This document shows, piece after piece, positions 29,023-37,569 of a DNA stretch of 64,000 nucleotides (position 1 is the stretch's first letter; every line of letters begins with the position of its first letter). Location of the stretch: NCBI GenBank assembly GCA_963675785.1, contig OY776562.1, positions 1,184,001 through 1,248,000 of the forward strand, given 5' to 3'. The stretch is from Anaerolineae bacterium. GTDB taxonomy: Bacteria; Chloroflexota; Anaerolineae; UBA1429. The notes beneath the pieces are model-generated. The model was not told the origin of the DNA and made no database searches. It was given only the letters and a program-made list of their open reading frames with translations. The position numbers were made by a program, and so were the translations under genes.

Positions 29023-29818
29023 CGTCTAGCTCCACGGTCATGCTGTCAAGGGCAAAGCGCGCCCAGGGTGGTAGATTCGGCTCTTCTGTAATAAAGTCGA
29101 TATCGTGAGCCAGGTGCGTGAAAAGGCACCGCCGGGGGGCGATACGCTCGGCATAGGTCAGGCTCTCTTGCAAGGAGAGGTGAGTATGATGCGGCCGATA
29201 ACGCAAGCAATTGAGAATGAGCAAATCCAAGCCCTCTAGCAAAGGGAAGGTACTCTCGGGGATTGCTTTGACATCAGGGATATAGGCCACGTTGCCCACA
29301 CGGTAGCCATGAGCTCCTTTCAAAGAGCCATGAATTACGGGTAAGGGGGTAATCGCGGTTTTACCAATACAGAAGGCACCATCGACTGTATGAGTAAGCA
29401 ATGTAGGAATCCCCCCACCAGCGTCCCCATGGGGCCTAAAGATATAAGAAAAACTTTCGATTAGGGCATCAATCGTTTCTTGAGAACCATATACATCGAT
29501 AGGGCCGCCCTGATGATGACAATAGGAGCGAATATCCGGCAGGCCAAAGATGTGATCAGCGTGAGCATGGGTGAACAACACAGCATCAATGCGACGCACC
29601 TGATTGGCAAACATCTGCTGGCGGAAATCCTGGGAAGTATCGATCAGGAGTGACAATCCCTCCGTCTCGACGAGGATTGAGGAGCGCGTTCGCCGATAGC
29701 GGGGATCACTCTGAGCCTTGAGGCAGACACCATTGGGGCAGCGAACATAGTCCGAAAGCATGCAATCTAGCATGGGTACACCGTGAGATGTGCCAGTTCC
29801 AAGGAACGTGATCCGCAT
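29009..29818 (-). CDS. MBL-fold phosphodiesterase (PhnP/YycJ-like)
   Basis: 'FLGTGTSHGVP', 'THAHADHIFG', 'THL'. Confidence 0.9.
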   Translation of the reverse strand: MRITFLGTGTSHGVPMLDCMLSDYVRCPNGVCLKAQSDPRYRRTRSSILVETEGLSLLIDTSQDFRQQMFANQVRRIDAVLFTHAHADHIFGLPDIRSYCHHQGGPIDVYGSQETIDALIESFSYIFRPHGDAGGGIPTLLTHTVDGAFCIGKTAITPLPVIHGSLKGAHGYRVGNVAYIPDVKAIPESTFPLLEGLDLLILNCLRYRPHHTHLSLQESLTYAERIAPRRCLFTHLAHDIDFITEEPNLPPWARFALDSMTVELDDDGR

Positions 29819-29981
29819 GAATTGCTCACTTTACAGGTTGCAGGATATCGTAGGGGTGATAGTAGACGCAAAGCGTCTTTCGCGCAACAGCACTGTGCTT
29901 GCCGCTCAGGTGATTGCCTTGCCAGCAGGCCAGGCCCGAATTAGTATAAGTTAGGTGACGCTATACACAGGAGGGAATGAC

Positions 29982-30497
29982 GTGGAGTTCGAGGAATTGA
30001 TTCGATCGCGCTACAGCGTCCGCCGGTATACCGACCGCGCTGTGCCCGATGACGTTCTAGAGCGCATCATCGAGGCTTTTGTTCTGGCGCCTACGGCAGC
30101 CAACCGCCAACCTCTAGGTTTGGTAGTGATTAAAACAGCGGGCCGCGAGGACGACCTTCGCCGCATCTACAACTCTGATTGGTTTGCTGCCCAGCCGCCC
30201 TATGTACTGGCTGTGTGTGCAGATAAAGAACAGGCTTGGGTAAGACGCTCTGATCACAAGAGCTTTGCCGATGTGGATGCCGCCATTGCTATGGATCATC
30301 TAGTGCTCGCTGCTGCCAATGAAGGCCTGGGAACTTGCTGGATTGGCGCCTTTGATCCCGAGGCTGCACGGCAGGTATTGGCCTTACCCGATACAGTCGA
30401 GTGTATTACTCTGACACCATTGGGATATCCGGCGGATATAGCAGGTGAGAAACGGCGCAAAAGCCCGGATCAGCTCGTTCATCGTGAGCGCTGGTAG
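29982..30497 (+). CDS. Nitroreductase family protein
   Basis: 'RYSVRRY', 'APTAANRQP', 'GLGTCWIGAF'; GTG after AGGAGG. Confidence 0.9.
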   Translation: MEFEELIRSRYSVRRYTDRAVPDDVLERIIEAFVLAPTAANRQPLGLVVIKTAGREDDLRRIYNSDWFAAQPPYVLAVCADKEQAWVRRSDHKSFADVDAAIAMDHLVLAAANEGLGTCWIGAFDPEAARQVLALPDTVECITLTPLGYPADIAGEKRRKSPDQLVHRERW

Positions 30498-30498
30498 A

Positions 30499-30540
30499 CA
30501 AAAAGAACCGATGCTGGAGATGTATTCCAGCATCGGTCTT
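30499..30540. terminator. Terminator; U tract on the minus strand, probably bidirectional
   Basis: ACCGATGCTGGA-gatgtat-TCCAGCATCGGT preceded by AAAAAG on +. Confidence 0.85.
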
Positions 30541-30542
30541 GA

Positions 30543-30758
30543 ACAGGAGGCTGCTATCGTCACACTGACTGCACATGTTGCAGATTTCACTGCGCGCCGT
30601 TGGACGTCTGTTTCCTGTGTCTCGCCTACTCAAGGACCACAGACCGCCATGTGATGGATAACTCGCCGCTTGCCATCGCTTGGTCGATTATGCCGCTCTT
30701 GCCAAATCCAACTGTCGCGTTACGTGCCTGCCAAGCGTTCGATCAGTCAGTCCCCTGT
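30543..30758 (-). ncRNA. Candidate structured non-coding RNA (~216 nt), family unknown
   Basis: Own promoter and terminator; paired 5'/3' ends (ACAGGGG/CTCCTGT, ACTGACTG/CAGTCAGT); nested helices; no credible ORF. Confidence 0.65.
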
Positions 30759-30764
30759 ACTTAT

Positions 30765-30794
30765 ACTATAGCGGAAAATATCATATTATGTCAA
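30765..30794 (-). promoter_or_regulatory. Sigma70-type promoter of the candidate ncRNA
   Basis: TTGACA-18 nt-TATAGT; predicted +1 at about 30758. Confidence 0.7.
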
Positions 30795-30841
30795 TAGTCA
30801 TAAGCTTTTCTTAACCCTTGCCAATGCTTTGCGACCTCTGA

Positions 30842-31666
30842 CTAGGCTAGATTGGCCACATCCAACCCCTCGTTTTCCAGCATCAGGTTCAATTGCCGGG
30901 CATTCTGAATAGCATAATCTGCAGCGTTATTGTTAAACAACAGATGCAGCTCATCTACGCCCTGCGCAGCCAATTCGTGAATTCGCGGAACCCACTCTCC
31001 TAGCTCCTTGCCGCTGTAGAGATAGTCAAAGCGCTCGCCAGTGGTTTTGACCTTGGCATACCACATCTGAGCATTGCGTCCATGAAAACGAACTAGGGTT
31101 GTTGCAGGATTGGTCACCGCCAATACAGTGGGCACACTGCCCATGCCCAACTGAGGCTCATCCACAATGGTGAGTCCCAATCTGGCCGAGTGCAATTGGC
31201 TCACCAATTCCGGAACATGGTCGCCAACAAGCCAACTGCGATGGCGGAATTCAACCGAGAGTTGGTCGTCGGGAAAAGCTTGACGCAATCCTAGAATGTA
31301 GGACACATTCTCCGGTCGATAAACATACCAGGGCGGGAACTGACAATTGATCACACCCAGCTTGTCAGCTTCTCGTAGTGGTCCGATGCTCTTGGAAAAA
31401 GCGGCCGTATTGGCCGCCTCTGGTGGGTTCTGGCGGTCGTGCCAGGTGATCTGTTTGTAGGGTTTGATATCAAAGACGAACCTGGGTGGCGTGCGTTCTG
31501 CCCACAGTGCATAATTGCGCTCAGGCATCATACGGTAATAGCTGCTATTGATCTCGACCAGGCTAAAATGCTGTGCATAATACCCGATTTGTTGATTCGA
31601 TGGCAGCCCCGGTGGGTAAAAGCCGGTATGGTCGCTCCAACTACAGGTGCCCACATAGATGCGCAT
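30842..31666 (-). CDS. DUF72 (YecE/YunF) family protein
   Basis: 'IYVGTCSW', 'VEINSSYY', 'QFPPW', 'EFRHRSW', 'RFHGRN', 'FNNN'. Confidence 0.92.
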   Translation of the reverse strand: MRIYVGTCSWSDHTGFYPPGLPSNQQIGYYAQHFSLVEINSSYYRMMPERNYALWAERTPPRFVFDIKPYKQITWHDRQNPPEAANTAAFSKSIGPLREADKLGVINCQFPPWYVYRPENVSYILGLRQAFPDDQLSVEFRHRSWLVGDHVPELVSQLHSARLGLTIVDEPQLGMGSVPTVLAVTNPATTLVRFHGRNAQMWYAKVKTTGERFDYLYSGKELGEWVPRIHELAAQGVDELHLLFNNNAADYAIQNARQLNLMLENEGLDVANLA

Positions 31667-31668
31667 GG

Positions 31669-32868
31669 CTACGCCTGACCTCCATTTCCTGCAGGCATTT
31701 TCATCTCCTGCAAGAGCTTCCAGCAGCGCAGCAGTGCACGGGGAACGTGAAAGGGGCCTTTCCACATCGAGCCTTTCAGTTGCAGGGCTACCGAACCGTC
31801 GCGATGGAGATAGCCGTACCACTCGCCATATTCTGGATCGGGGAAATGGCCCCAGGCATAGTTGTGGATGCGCTCATACCACATCTCATAAGCCTCATTG
31901 CTAGTGAGTTGGTAAGCTAGCAACAACGCATAGAGAGCCTCTGTGTGGGGCCACCACAGCTTCATATCCCACTCTAGCTGCTCTGGCGGGTAGCCTTTGG
32001 TGTCTACAAAGGAGAATAGCCCACCGTACTCCTTATCCCAGCCCCACTCTAGCGACCATTCGAGGATTTGTAGCGCATTCAATAGCATGTGGTCATCATG
32101 ACTGCGGCGCGCTTCTTCCATGAGAAACCAGGATGTCTCGATAGCATGGCCTGGGTTGATGCAGCGCCCCAGTGGCCCCTCCAGCAGAGCGCCCTCGGGT
32201 GAGACTGTCTCAAACAGTGCGTGTTCTTCCGGATGCACAAAGTGGGACACGATCTCATCAGCACATTCGCGGATAACCTGTTCATAAAGTGGATCAGGAT
32301 CAACCCGTAAAAGCTCTTGGCTGGTGGCAATGAGAATCATGGGCATAGCGTGGCCCTTGGTGGGCCTGACTTCAGGATTGATCTTTGGATCCAACAAGCC
32401 CGGAACACGGTGGTAACGCAACACAAGGCGGTAGAGCTTGCGAGCGCGGTCAAGTGCCTCCTCATCGCCAGCGGCCAAAGCATATTCGCAGCAAGCGATG
32501 GTGGCAAAGGATTCGGTGAACAAGTAGCGGCGTTTGCGCAGAGGTTGCCCCTTGCGCGTCATCCAAAAGAACAGGCGGCCGTCTTCATCGAAACCATGCT
32601 GTGTCAAAAAACGATAACCGCTGGCCGCCGCCTCGAACCATTCGGACCGCTGTTCGACGCTGTTATACAATCGGGCGTACAGCCAGGTGCCGCGACCCTG
32701 CATCCACATGGCCTTGTCGGTGCCGTAACGTGTCCCATCGCGATCTAGTTGGGTGATGAACCCGTCATACTCACGATCCAGGCCGTATTTTAACCAGAAT
32801 GGAGCAACATCATCCAGCAAAGCAGCCTTATAAAGTTGGCTCAATTCGTTGAGGCGTTCGTCTCGCAT
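31669..32868 (-). CDS. N-acylglucosamine 2-epimerase (AGE family)
   Basis: 'WMQGR', 'NPGHAIETSWF', 'KLWWPHTE', 'KGPFHVPR'. Confidence 0.92.
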   Translation of the reverse strand: MRDERLNELSQLYKAALLDDVAPFWLKYGLDREYDGFITQLDRDGTRYGTDKAMWMQGRGTWLYARLYNSVEQRSEWFEAAASGYRFLTQHGFDEDGRLFFWMTRKGQPLRKRRYLFTESFATIACCEYALAAGDEEALDRARKLYRLVLRYHRVPGLLDPKINPEVRPTKGHAMPMILIATSQELLRVDPDPLYEQVIRECADEIVSHFVHPEEHALFETVSPEGALLEGPLGRCINPGHAIETSWFLMEEARRSHDDHMLLNALQILEWSLEWGWDKEYGGLFSFVDTKGYPPEQLEWDMKLWWPHTEALYALLLAYQLTSNEAYEMWYERIHNYAWGHFPDPEYGEWYGYLHRDGSVALQLKGSMWKGPFHVPRALLRCWKLLQEMKMPAGNGGQA

Positions 32869-32926
32869 GAAATCATTCCTTCTCTATCTCTCATACCAGT
32901 AGATCTCGTGTCATCGCCTTGATAGG

Positions 32927-33937
32927 CTATCCTTCGTACTGCCGTTTCAAAATCCGCATTGCTCTAAGCGTAATCCATTTGCTCTGTTCGCTTTTTTGCC
33001 CCATGGGTATTAAAAGCCGATCGCTATTGTAGGTATTCTCGATTCTCCATCTGCCCATGTTATCCTGTTTAGACCTGACGAGGTCTAGGGCCTCGCCCAT
33101 GCGGCTATCATTTATGCCGAGCCCGGTCAAGATATCCAGTATTTCCAGCACATCGGTTTGATACATCAAGGGAAAACCGAATTTGAGCCAACCGGGCTTT
33201 GAAGTCCGATTTAGATTATGACTGCGCCTATAAATATGGTGGATTAGCATAAACTCTGCGGCTTTGGCTATTGTATCTTTGACCGCTTGTGTCCTTCTCT
33301 CCTCCGGTATGGCGCTTGATGCTTTGAGCACCTTGACCACGCCCATATGACAAGTATGTTTGCCCCAACACATTTCGTAGCGGTCATACGGCGGGGCCTG
33401 AAGCACGTCCTCAACACCGTCGTTAAAGCGCATATAATGGGTGATCCAGTCAATACCTTTTTGCACTCTTGGATCATCGAGATAACCAAAGCGTATCAGA
33501 CTCCATACCATATTCCCGGTTAGGCATGGGATGACTTCGGTTTTCCTTCCGCCGCCCTTTTTCACGGCAGTATGCATGGAAAATCCGCCGTCCTCGGTTT
33601 CCTGCGAATTGCTGAGTATGTACTCACATTGCTCTCGAATTTGTGGATTGGTCTCAGCGCCCAACTCTGCGAGCACGATCAACGACCACACAAGCCCTTT
33701 GTACTTGTATGTGTAAAATCGAGGATAGGCCTGAAGGTACGCAAGTTCCTTTTGTTTTCCAAGAATATCGGGCACATTGCCGGATTGCATGATCTCATAT
33801 TTGGCTTGTTGTACTGCTGGATCGTGTTCGGGTTTGTCCAAAATATCCGTTAACGTAAAATACCGCACCGAAGGGTTTTCTTCTTCCAACAACCAATTCG
33901 TGGGGTCTGCTTTGAGCATAGCTTTCCAATCGCTCAT
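32927..33937 (-). CDS. Conserved alpha-barrel (prenyltransferase/squalene cyclase-like) protein
   Basis: 'WLLEEENPSVRY', 'PCLTGN', 'FGFPLMYQTDVLE', 'SKWITLRA'; ATG at 33937 after AAGGAG. Confidence 0.7.
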   Translation of the reverse strand: MSDWKAMLKADPTNWLLEEENPSVRYFTLTDILDKPEHDPAVQQAKYEIMQSGNVPDILGKQKELAYLQAYPRFYTYKYKGLVWSLIVLAELGAETNPQIREQCEYILSNSQETEDGGFSMHTAVKKGGGRKTEVIPCLTGNMVWSLIRFGYLDDPRVQKGIDWITHYMRFNDGVEDVLQAPPYDRYEMCWGKHTCHMGVVKVLKASSAIPEERRTQAVKDTIAKAAEFMLIHHIYRRSHNLNRTSKPGWLKFGFPLMYQTDVLEILDILTGLGINDSRMGEALDLVRSKQDNMGRWRIENTYNSDRLLIPMGQKSEQSKWITLRAMRILKRQYEG

Positions 33938-34102
33938 CTTTTCTCCTTTAGGCGATGAACATGGAATGATGCTGATGCAGTTATCCGTATGTACAAGAGT
34001 ATAGAATTGCCTGGGGTATGCTGCAACCGCTTGAACCGCAACCGGGATTCGCCTAGAATGGCGCCCATACTTGATTGCCAAATGTGGAGATAAAGCACGT
34101 AA

Positions 34103-35167
34103 ATGAAAACAACCACTGAAATGCATCCCATGCATACAATACCGGGTTATTATTCGAGCATGCCAGGCATTCAAATCGGCACCCAGCTTGCTGAGGACGC
34201 AGACGAAGAACAGTTGGCTCTGGCCAGGCAGTTGGGCATTGAATGGGTGATGACTACGGTACACCGCCTGGAAGATCAGAATGCGGCACACTATCGGCAG
34301 GTTGTAGAACGCTTTGCTTCATACGGGCTCAAGATCTATCGATTGGCTAACCATAGCTGCCACAACATGGAGGCCATTACGCTCAAGCTGCCCAATCGTC
34401 AGGAGAAAATGGACGAGTATCTGGCGTATATTCGCAATCTGGGTGAAGCAGGCATCCATTATTCCACCTATGCCCACATGGCTAACGGCATCTGGAGCAC
34501 AGAAGCTGAGGAAATTCGCGGCGGAGCCATGGCCCGTGCTTTGCGGTTGGACAAGGCCGATTCGGGGTATTGGATCGACAAGACCTGGCATACACCATTG
34601 AGCCACGGCCGCCTTTATACTTGTGAAGAGTTGTGGGACAATTATCGCTGGTTCATGGAACGCGTGGTGCCTGTCGCTGAGGATGCTGGTGTCTACATTG
34701 GCGTGCATCCCGATGATCCGCCAGTTTATCCCCTAGCTGGTATTCCCCGCTGTATATTTGGTAGTTTTGAGGGGTATCGGCAGGCGCTGGAATTCGCCGA
34801 TAGCCCCAACATCGGCATGTGCCTGTGCGTGGGCTGCTGGTTGGAAGGGGGTGAACAGATGGGCAAGAGCGTGACCGAAACCATCCGCTACTTTGGTTCT
34901 CGCAACAGGTTATTCAAAGTGCATTTTCGTAATGTTACCGCCCCACTGCCTGAAGGATTTCGTGAGACCTTTCTTGACAATGGTTATTGTGACATGGTTG
35001 ACGTCATGACAGCCCTGCATGAGGTAGGATTTGATGGGGCTGTGATTTCGGATCACCTGCCTCGCCAGATGGCCGGTGGAAGAACTGCTGCAGAATCCTA
35101 CAGCATCGGTTATATTCGCGGACTGCTGCAATCTATCGAACGCCGTACGGACACCCGTCCCTGCTAG
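34103..35167 (+). CDS. Mannonate dehydratase family protein (UxuA-like)
   Basis: 'ELWDNYRWF', 'HPDDPP', 'VHFRNV', 'ETFLDNG', 'SDH'. Confidence 0.85.
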   Translation: MKTTTEMHPMHTIPGYYSSMPGIQIGTQLAEDADEEQLALARQLGIEWVMTTVHRLEDQNAAHYRQVVERFASYGLKIYRLANHSCHNMEAITLKLPNRQEKMDEYLAYIRNLGEAGIHYSTYAHMANGIWSTEAEEIRGGAMARALRLDKADSGYWIDKTWHTPLSHGRLYTCEELWDNYRWFMERVVPVAEDAGVYIGVHPDDPPVYPLAGIPRCIFGSFEGYRQALEFADSPNIGMCLCVGCWLEGGEQMGKSVTETIRYFGSRNRLFKVHFRNVTAPLPEGFRETFLDNGYCDMVDVMTALHEVGFDGAVISDHLPRQMAGGRTAAESYSIGYIRGLLQSIERRTDTRPC

Positions 35168-35206
35168 TCATTGCAGCTACTTTTACGTTCTATGGAGAAG
35201 AGAGAC

Positions 35207-35788
35207 ATGAATATCGAAATACGTAGATTGGCTCCTGCGTTAATCAATGATTATCTATACTTTTTTGAAAATGTGGCTTATTCAGACAACAAAGAATGGG
35301 ATCGCTGTTATTGTGTGGGTTATTGCAGTGATGCTAATGCAGGAAATGATTTCTCATCTGCTCAAGTACGAAGAGATTATGCTATCCAGTACGTGGAGTC
35401 TGGGAAAATACAAGGATACTTGGCATATTGCGATGGTCAGGTTGTTGGATGGTGCAATGCCAATCGCAAATCGGACTGTTTGAAATGCGGCGGATGGAAA
35501 TTCACTGTGGGAAATGTTGAGTGGCTCGATGTCGGTCAAGTAAAATCCATATTCTGCTTTACAGTCGCTCCCGCTATGCGAAGGCAGGGCATTGCTACAC
35601 AACTTTTGAGCCGTGTCTGTCAGGATGCGGCAGACGAAGGCTTTGACTATATTGAGGCTTATCCCAACAAAGTCTACACCAATATGTATTATGACTATGT
35701 AGGACCTTTGGGGCTATATAAGAAATTCGGATTCGTTTTGAGCGGGGAAACAGAACAAAGATTAGTCATGCAAAAGCATCTAAAATGA
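35207..35788 (+). CDS. GNAT acetyltransferase
   Basis: 'CYC', 'VVGWC', 'CFTVAPAMRRQGIATQLL', 'IEAYP', 'LYKKFGF'. Confidence 0.9.
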   Translation: MNIEIRRLAPALINDYLYFFENVAYSDNKEWDRCYCVGYCSDANAGNDFSSAQVRRDYAIQYVESGKIQGYLAYCDGQVVGWCNANRKSDCLKCGGWKFTVGNVEWLDVGQVKSIFCFTVAPAMRRQGIATQLLSRVCQDAADEGFDYIEAYPNKVYTNMYYDYVGPLGLYKKFGFVLSGETEQRLVMQKHLK

Positions 35789-35901
35789 CTTTTCTATGAT
35801 CCGCAGTTTGGCAAAAAGCAAGCTGTTACGTAAACTCGGCGCATCACGTATCGAGCAGGCCAGCGAGAAGAGCGGTCTGCATCTTTGGAGGAGAAACCAT
35901 T

Positions 35902-36594
35902 GTGAATGCCTTGCTTATCTGCAGCGAGCCAGATGAATCTGCTCTGCTTAGCTATGCATTACACAGAACAGGCCTCTCTACCACCACCATTGACACTTTG
36001 GACCACGCCCCCGAAACGCTGCGTTCTGCTCGTTTCGATATGGTGCTTTCAGCAGCCAATCTGGATCCTGCTGAGGTTTGTCAGATCGTGCGAAAAGCGT
36101 CCGAAGCAGCCCTGGTGTTGTTGGTCTATACCCATCAAGAAGATAGCGCCGTGCATGCCCTGGAGGATGGCGCCGATCTGATTGTGATGCGCCCCTACAA
36201 CATGCGTTTGTTGATAGCCCAGTTCAAGGCGCTGCTACGTTGTTCACGATTGAGCACGGCCGCCGATCTTCCCCGATACAGTGTCGGCGCGCTTTCTCTC
36301 GATCCGACGACGCGCATGGTGCAAATTGAGGGACGCCAGCCGCGCCGCCTCACGCAGCTCGAGTTTCGCCTCTTGCATACGTTGATGATGGAGGAAGGCC
36401 GGACAGTAACTAGCGGTTCTATCGTAGAACGCGTTTGGGGATTTGATGGCGCTGGTGGTATGGAGCTGGTTCGAGGATTGGTGCGCCGGCTGCGAGCCAA
36501 GGTCGAGGCCGATCCGCGACATCCCAGGCTTGTTCTAACCGAGCCGGGCATTGGCTATCGCTTGGATACATCCAGCCTGCGTCCGCCTCAATAA
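35902..36594 (+). CDS. OmpR-family wHTH regulator with an atypical receiver domain
   Basis: 'LTQLEFRLL', 'VRRLRAKVE', 'TEPGIGYRL'; receiver lacks the DD pair, phospho-Asp and Lys. Confidence 0.88.
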   Translation: MNALLICSEPDESALLSYALHRTGLSTTTIDTLDHAPETLRSARFDMVLSAANLDPAEVCQIVRKASEAALVLLVYTHQEDSAVHALEDGADLIVMRPYNMRLLIAQFKALLRCSRLSTAADLPRYSVGALSLDPTTRMVQIEGRQPRRLTQLEFRLLHTLMMEEGRTVTSGSIVERVWGFDGAGGMELVRGLVRRLRAKVEADPRHPRLVLTEPGIGYRLDTSSLRPPQ

Positions 36595-36605
36595 ACTGAA
36601 TATTA

Positions 36606-36710
36606 TGTCAATTATTGGCAATTTGACACATATTTGCCACGCAGAATTGCAAATTGGTACGCCCGGCGTCACGAAAATTGCACCGATTTTGCACACAATC
36701 ATGCTATTCT
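36606..36710 (+). promoter_or_regulatory. Array of TTG(A/C)CA-type repeats and an extended -10 upstream of the LysW-like gene
   Basis: TGTCAA, TGGCAA, TTGACAC, TTGCCAC, TTGCACC, TTGCACA in pairs 10-11 bp apart; TGcTATTCT. Confidence 0.5.
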
Positions 36711-36764
36711 TCCAGCGTCGATGCCAGTTGTTACTGGTGCCTTTGTGCGTTTGGAGGAAACGCA

Positions 36765-36944
36765 ATGCCTACCACTATTTGTCCGGGTTGTGATTACGAG
36801 TTTTCGATTTCGAGGCCCCGCCTCGGCCAGAAGGTACGCTGCCCTGGCTGTGATGCACAGCTTGAAGTCGTGTATCTGGACCCGCTTGAGGTCGACTGGA
36901 TTGAGGATGAGTACGAAGATTGGGACGAAGACGAAGACGAATAG
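36765..36944 (+). CDS. LysW-like zinc-ribbon protein with an acidic tail
   Basis: GGAGG RBS; CPGC...GQKVRCPGC...LEVV..DPLE; ends EDWDEDEDE. Confidence 0.85.
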   Translation: MPTTICPGCDYEFSISRPRLGQKVRCPGCDAQLEVVYLDPLEVDWIEDEYEDWDEDEDE

Positions 36945-36980
36945 TCCTGTGAAGCGTGCCGGGTTATAGCACACATAGAG

Positions 36981-37019
36981 GAACCGGATGAGACAATCGC
37001 CTCATCCGGTTCTTTCTTT
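36981..37019. terminator. Terminator between convergent genes
   Basis: GAACCGGATGAG-loop-CTCATCCGGTTC followed by a T tract. Confidence 0.8.
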
Positions 37020-37035
37020 ATAGTTTTGCGAGAGG

Positions 37036-37557
37036 CTATAAAAGGTCAACCAAATACTTGTGTATCAATTGCTGAAAGACCACCAGACCCATTACACCAG
37101 CCACCGCAGTGAGGGCGTGCAGCCAGGTTTCTGCCTGAATGACTGCGCCACCACCAAGTACAAGAGATAGCGCCATGCCGGCTGCGGGCGGATGCTCAAG
37201 GTTCAGCACAGCCATGCCCAAGACGGCAGCTGAAACGCCTATGCCACCAAAAACTGCCGACACCCAGCCGCCTTCCCAGGCATCGGCGCTGAATGGAAGA
37301 GAATCGGCGACAAGCAGAGCTAACATGCCTGAAAGAATGCCAATCGCATAGCCCCCCAGCACGTTTTGCGGCCGAGCTACCTGGCGCGATGGCATGACAA
37401 ACAGGATAAAGGCACTAGCCCCTAATGAGGCAACTACGGCAGGATCACCGATTACATCCAGCGCAAGTATAACCGCCATGACCGAAAGACCGGCCAGCAA
37501 ACTCTGCAATACATAGCGTTTACCATGGCCTTTTAAAACACTATCAAACCGCTTCAA
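37036..37557 (-). CDS. HPP family membrane protein
   Basis: 'ASLGASAFILF', 'ARPQNVLGG', 'HPPAAG'. Confidence 0.88.
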   Translation of the reverse strand: MKRFDSVLKGHGKRYVLQSLLAGLSVMAVILALDVIGDPAVVASLGASAFILFVMPSRQVARPQNVLGGYAIGILSGMLALLVADSLPFSADAWEGGWVSAVFGGIGVSAAVLGMAVLNLEHPPAAGMALSLVLGGGAVIQAETWLHALTAVAGVMGLVVFQQLIHKYLVDLL

Positions 37558-37569
37558 AACGCGCCTCCG

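Noticed and set aside
30543-30758. Identification as SRP RNA, RNase P, raiA motif or cobalamin riboswitch
   Set aside because: Diagnostic conserved sequences are absent, with only short coincidental matches, and the RNA leads into a terminator rather than a gene.
32927-34291. Extended 454-aa ORF and nitrogenase (NifH) label
   Set aside because: The extension overlaps the divergent uxuA-like gene and the RBS supports a start at 33937; there are no P-loop or NifH motifs.
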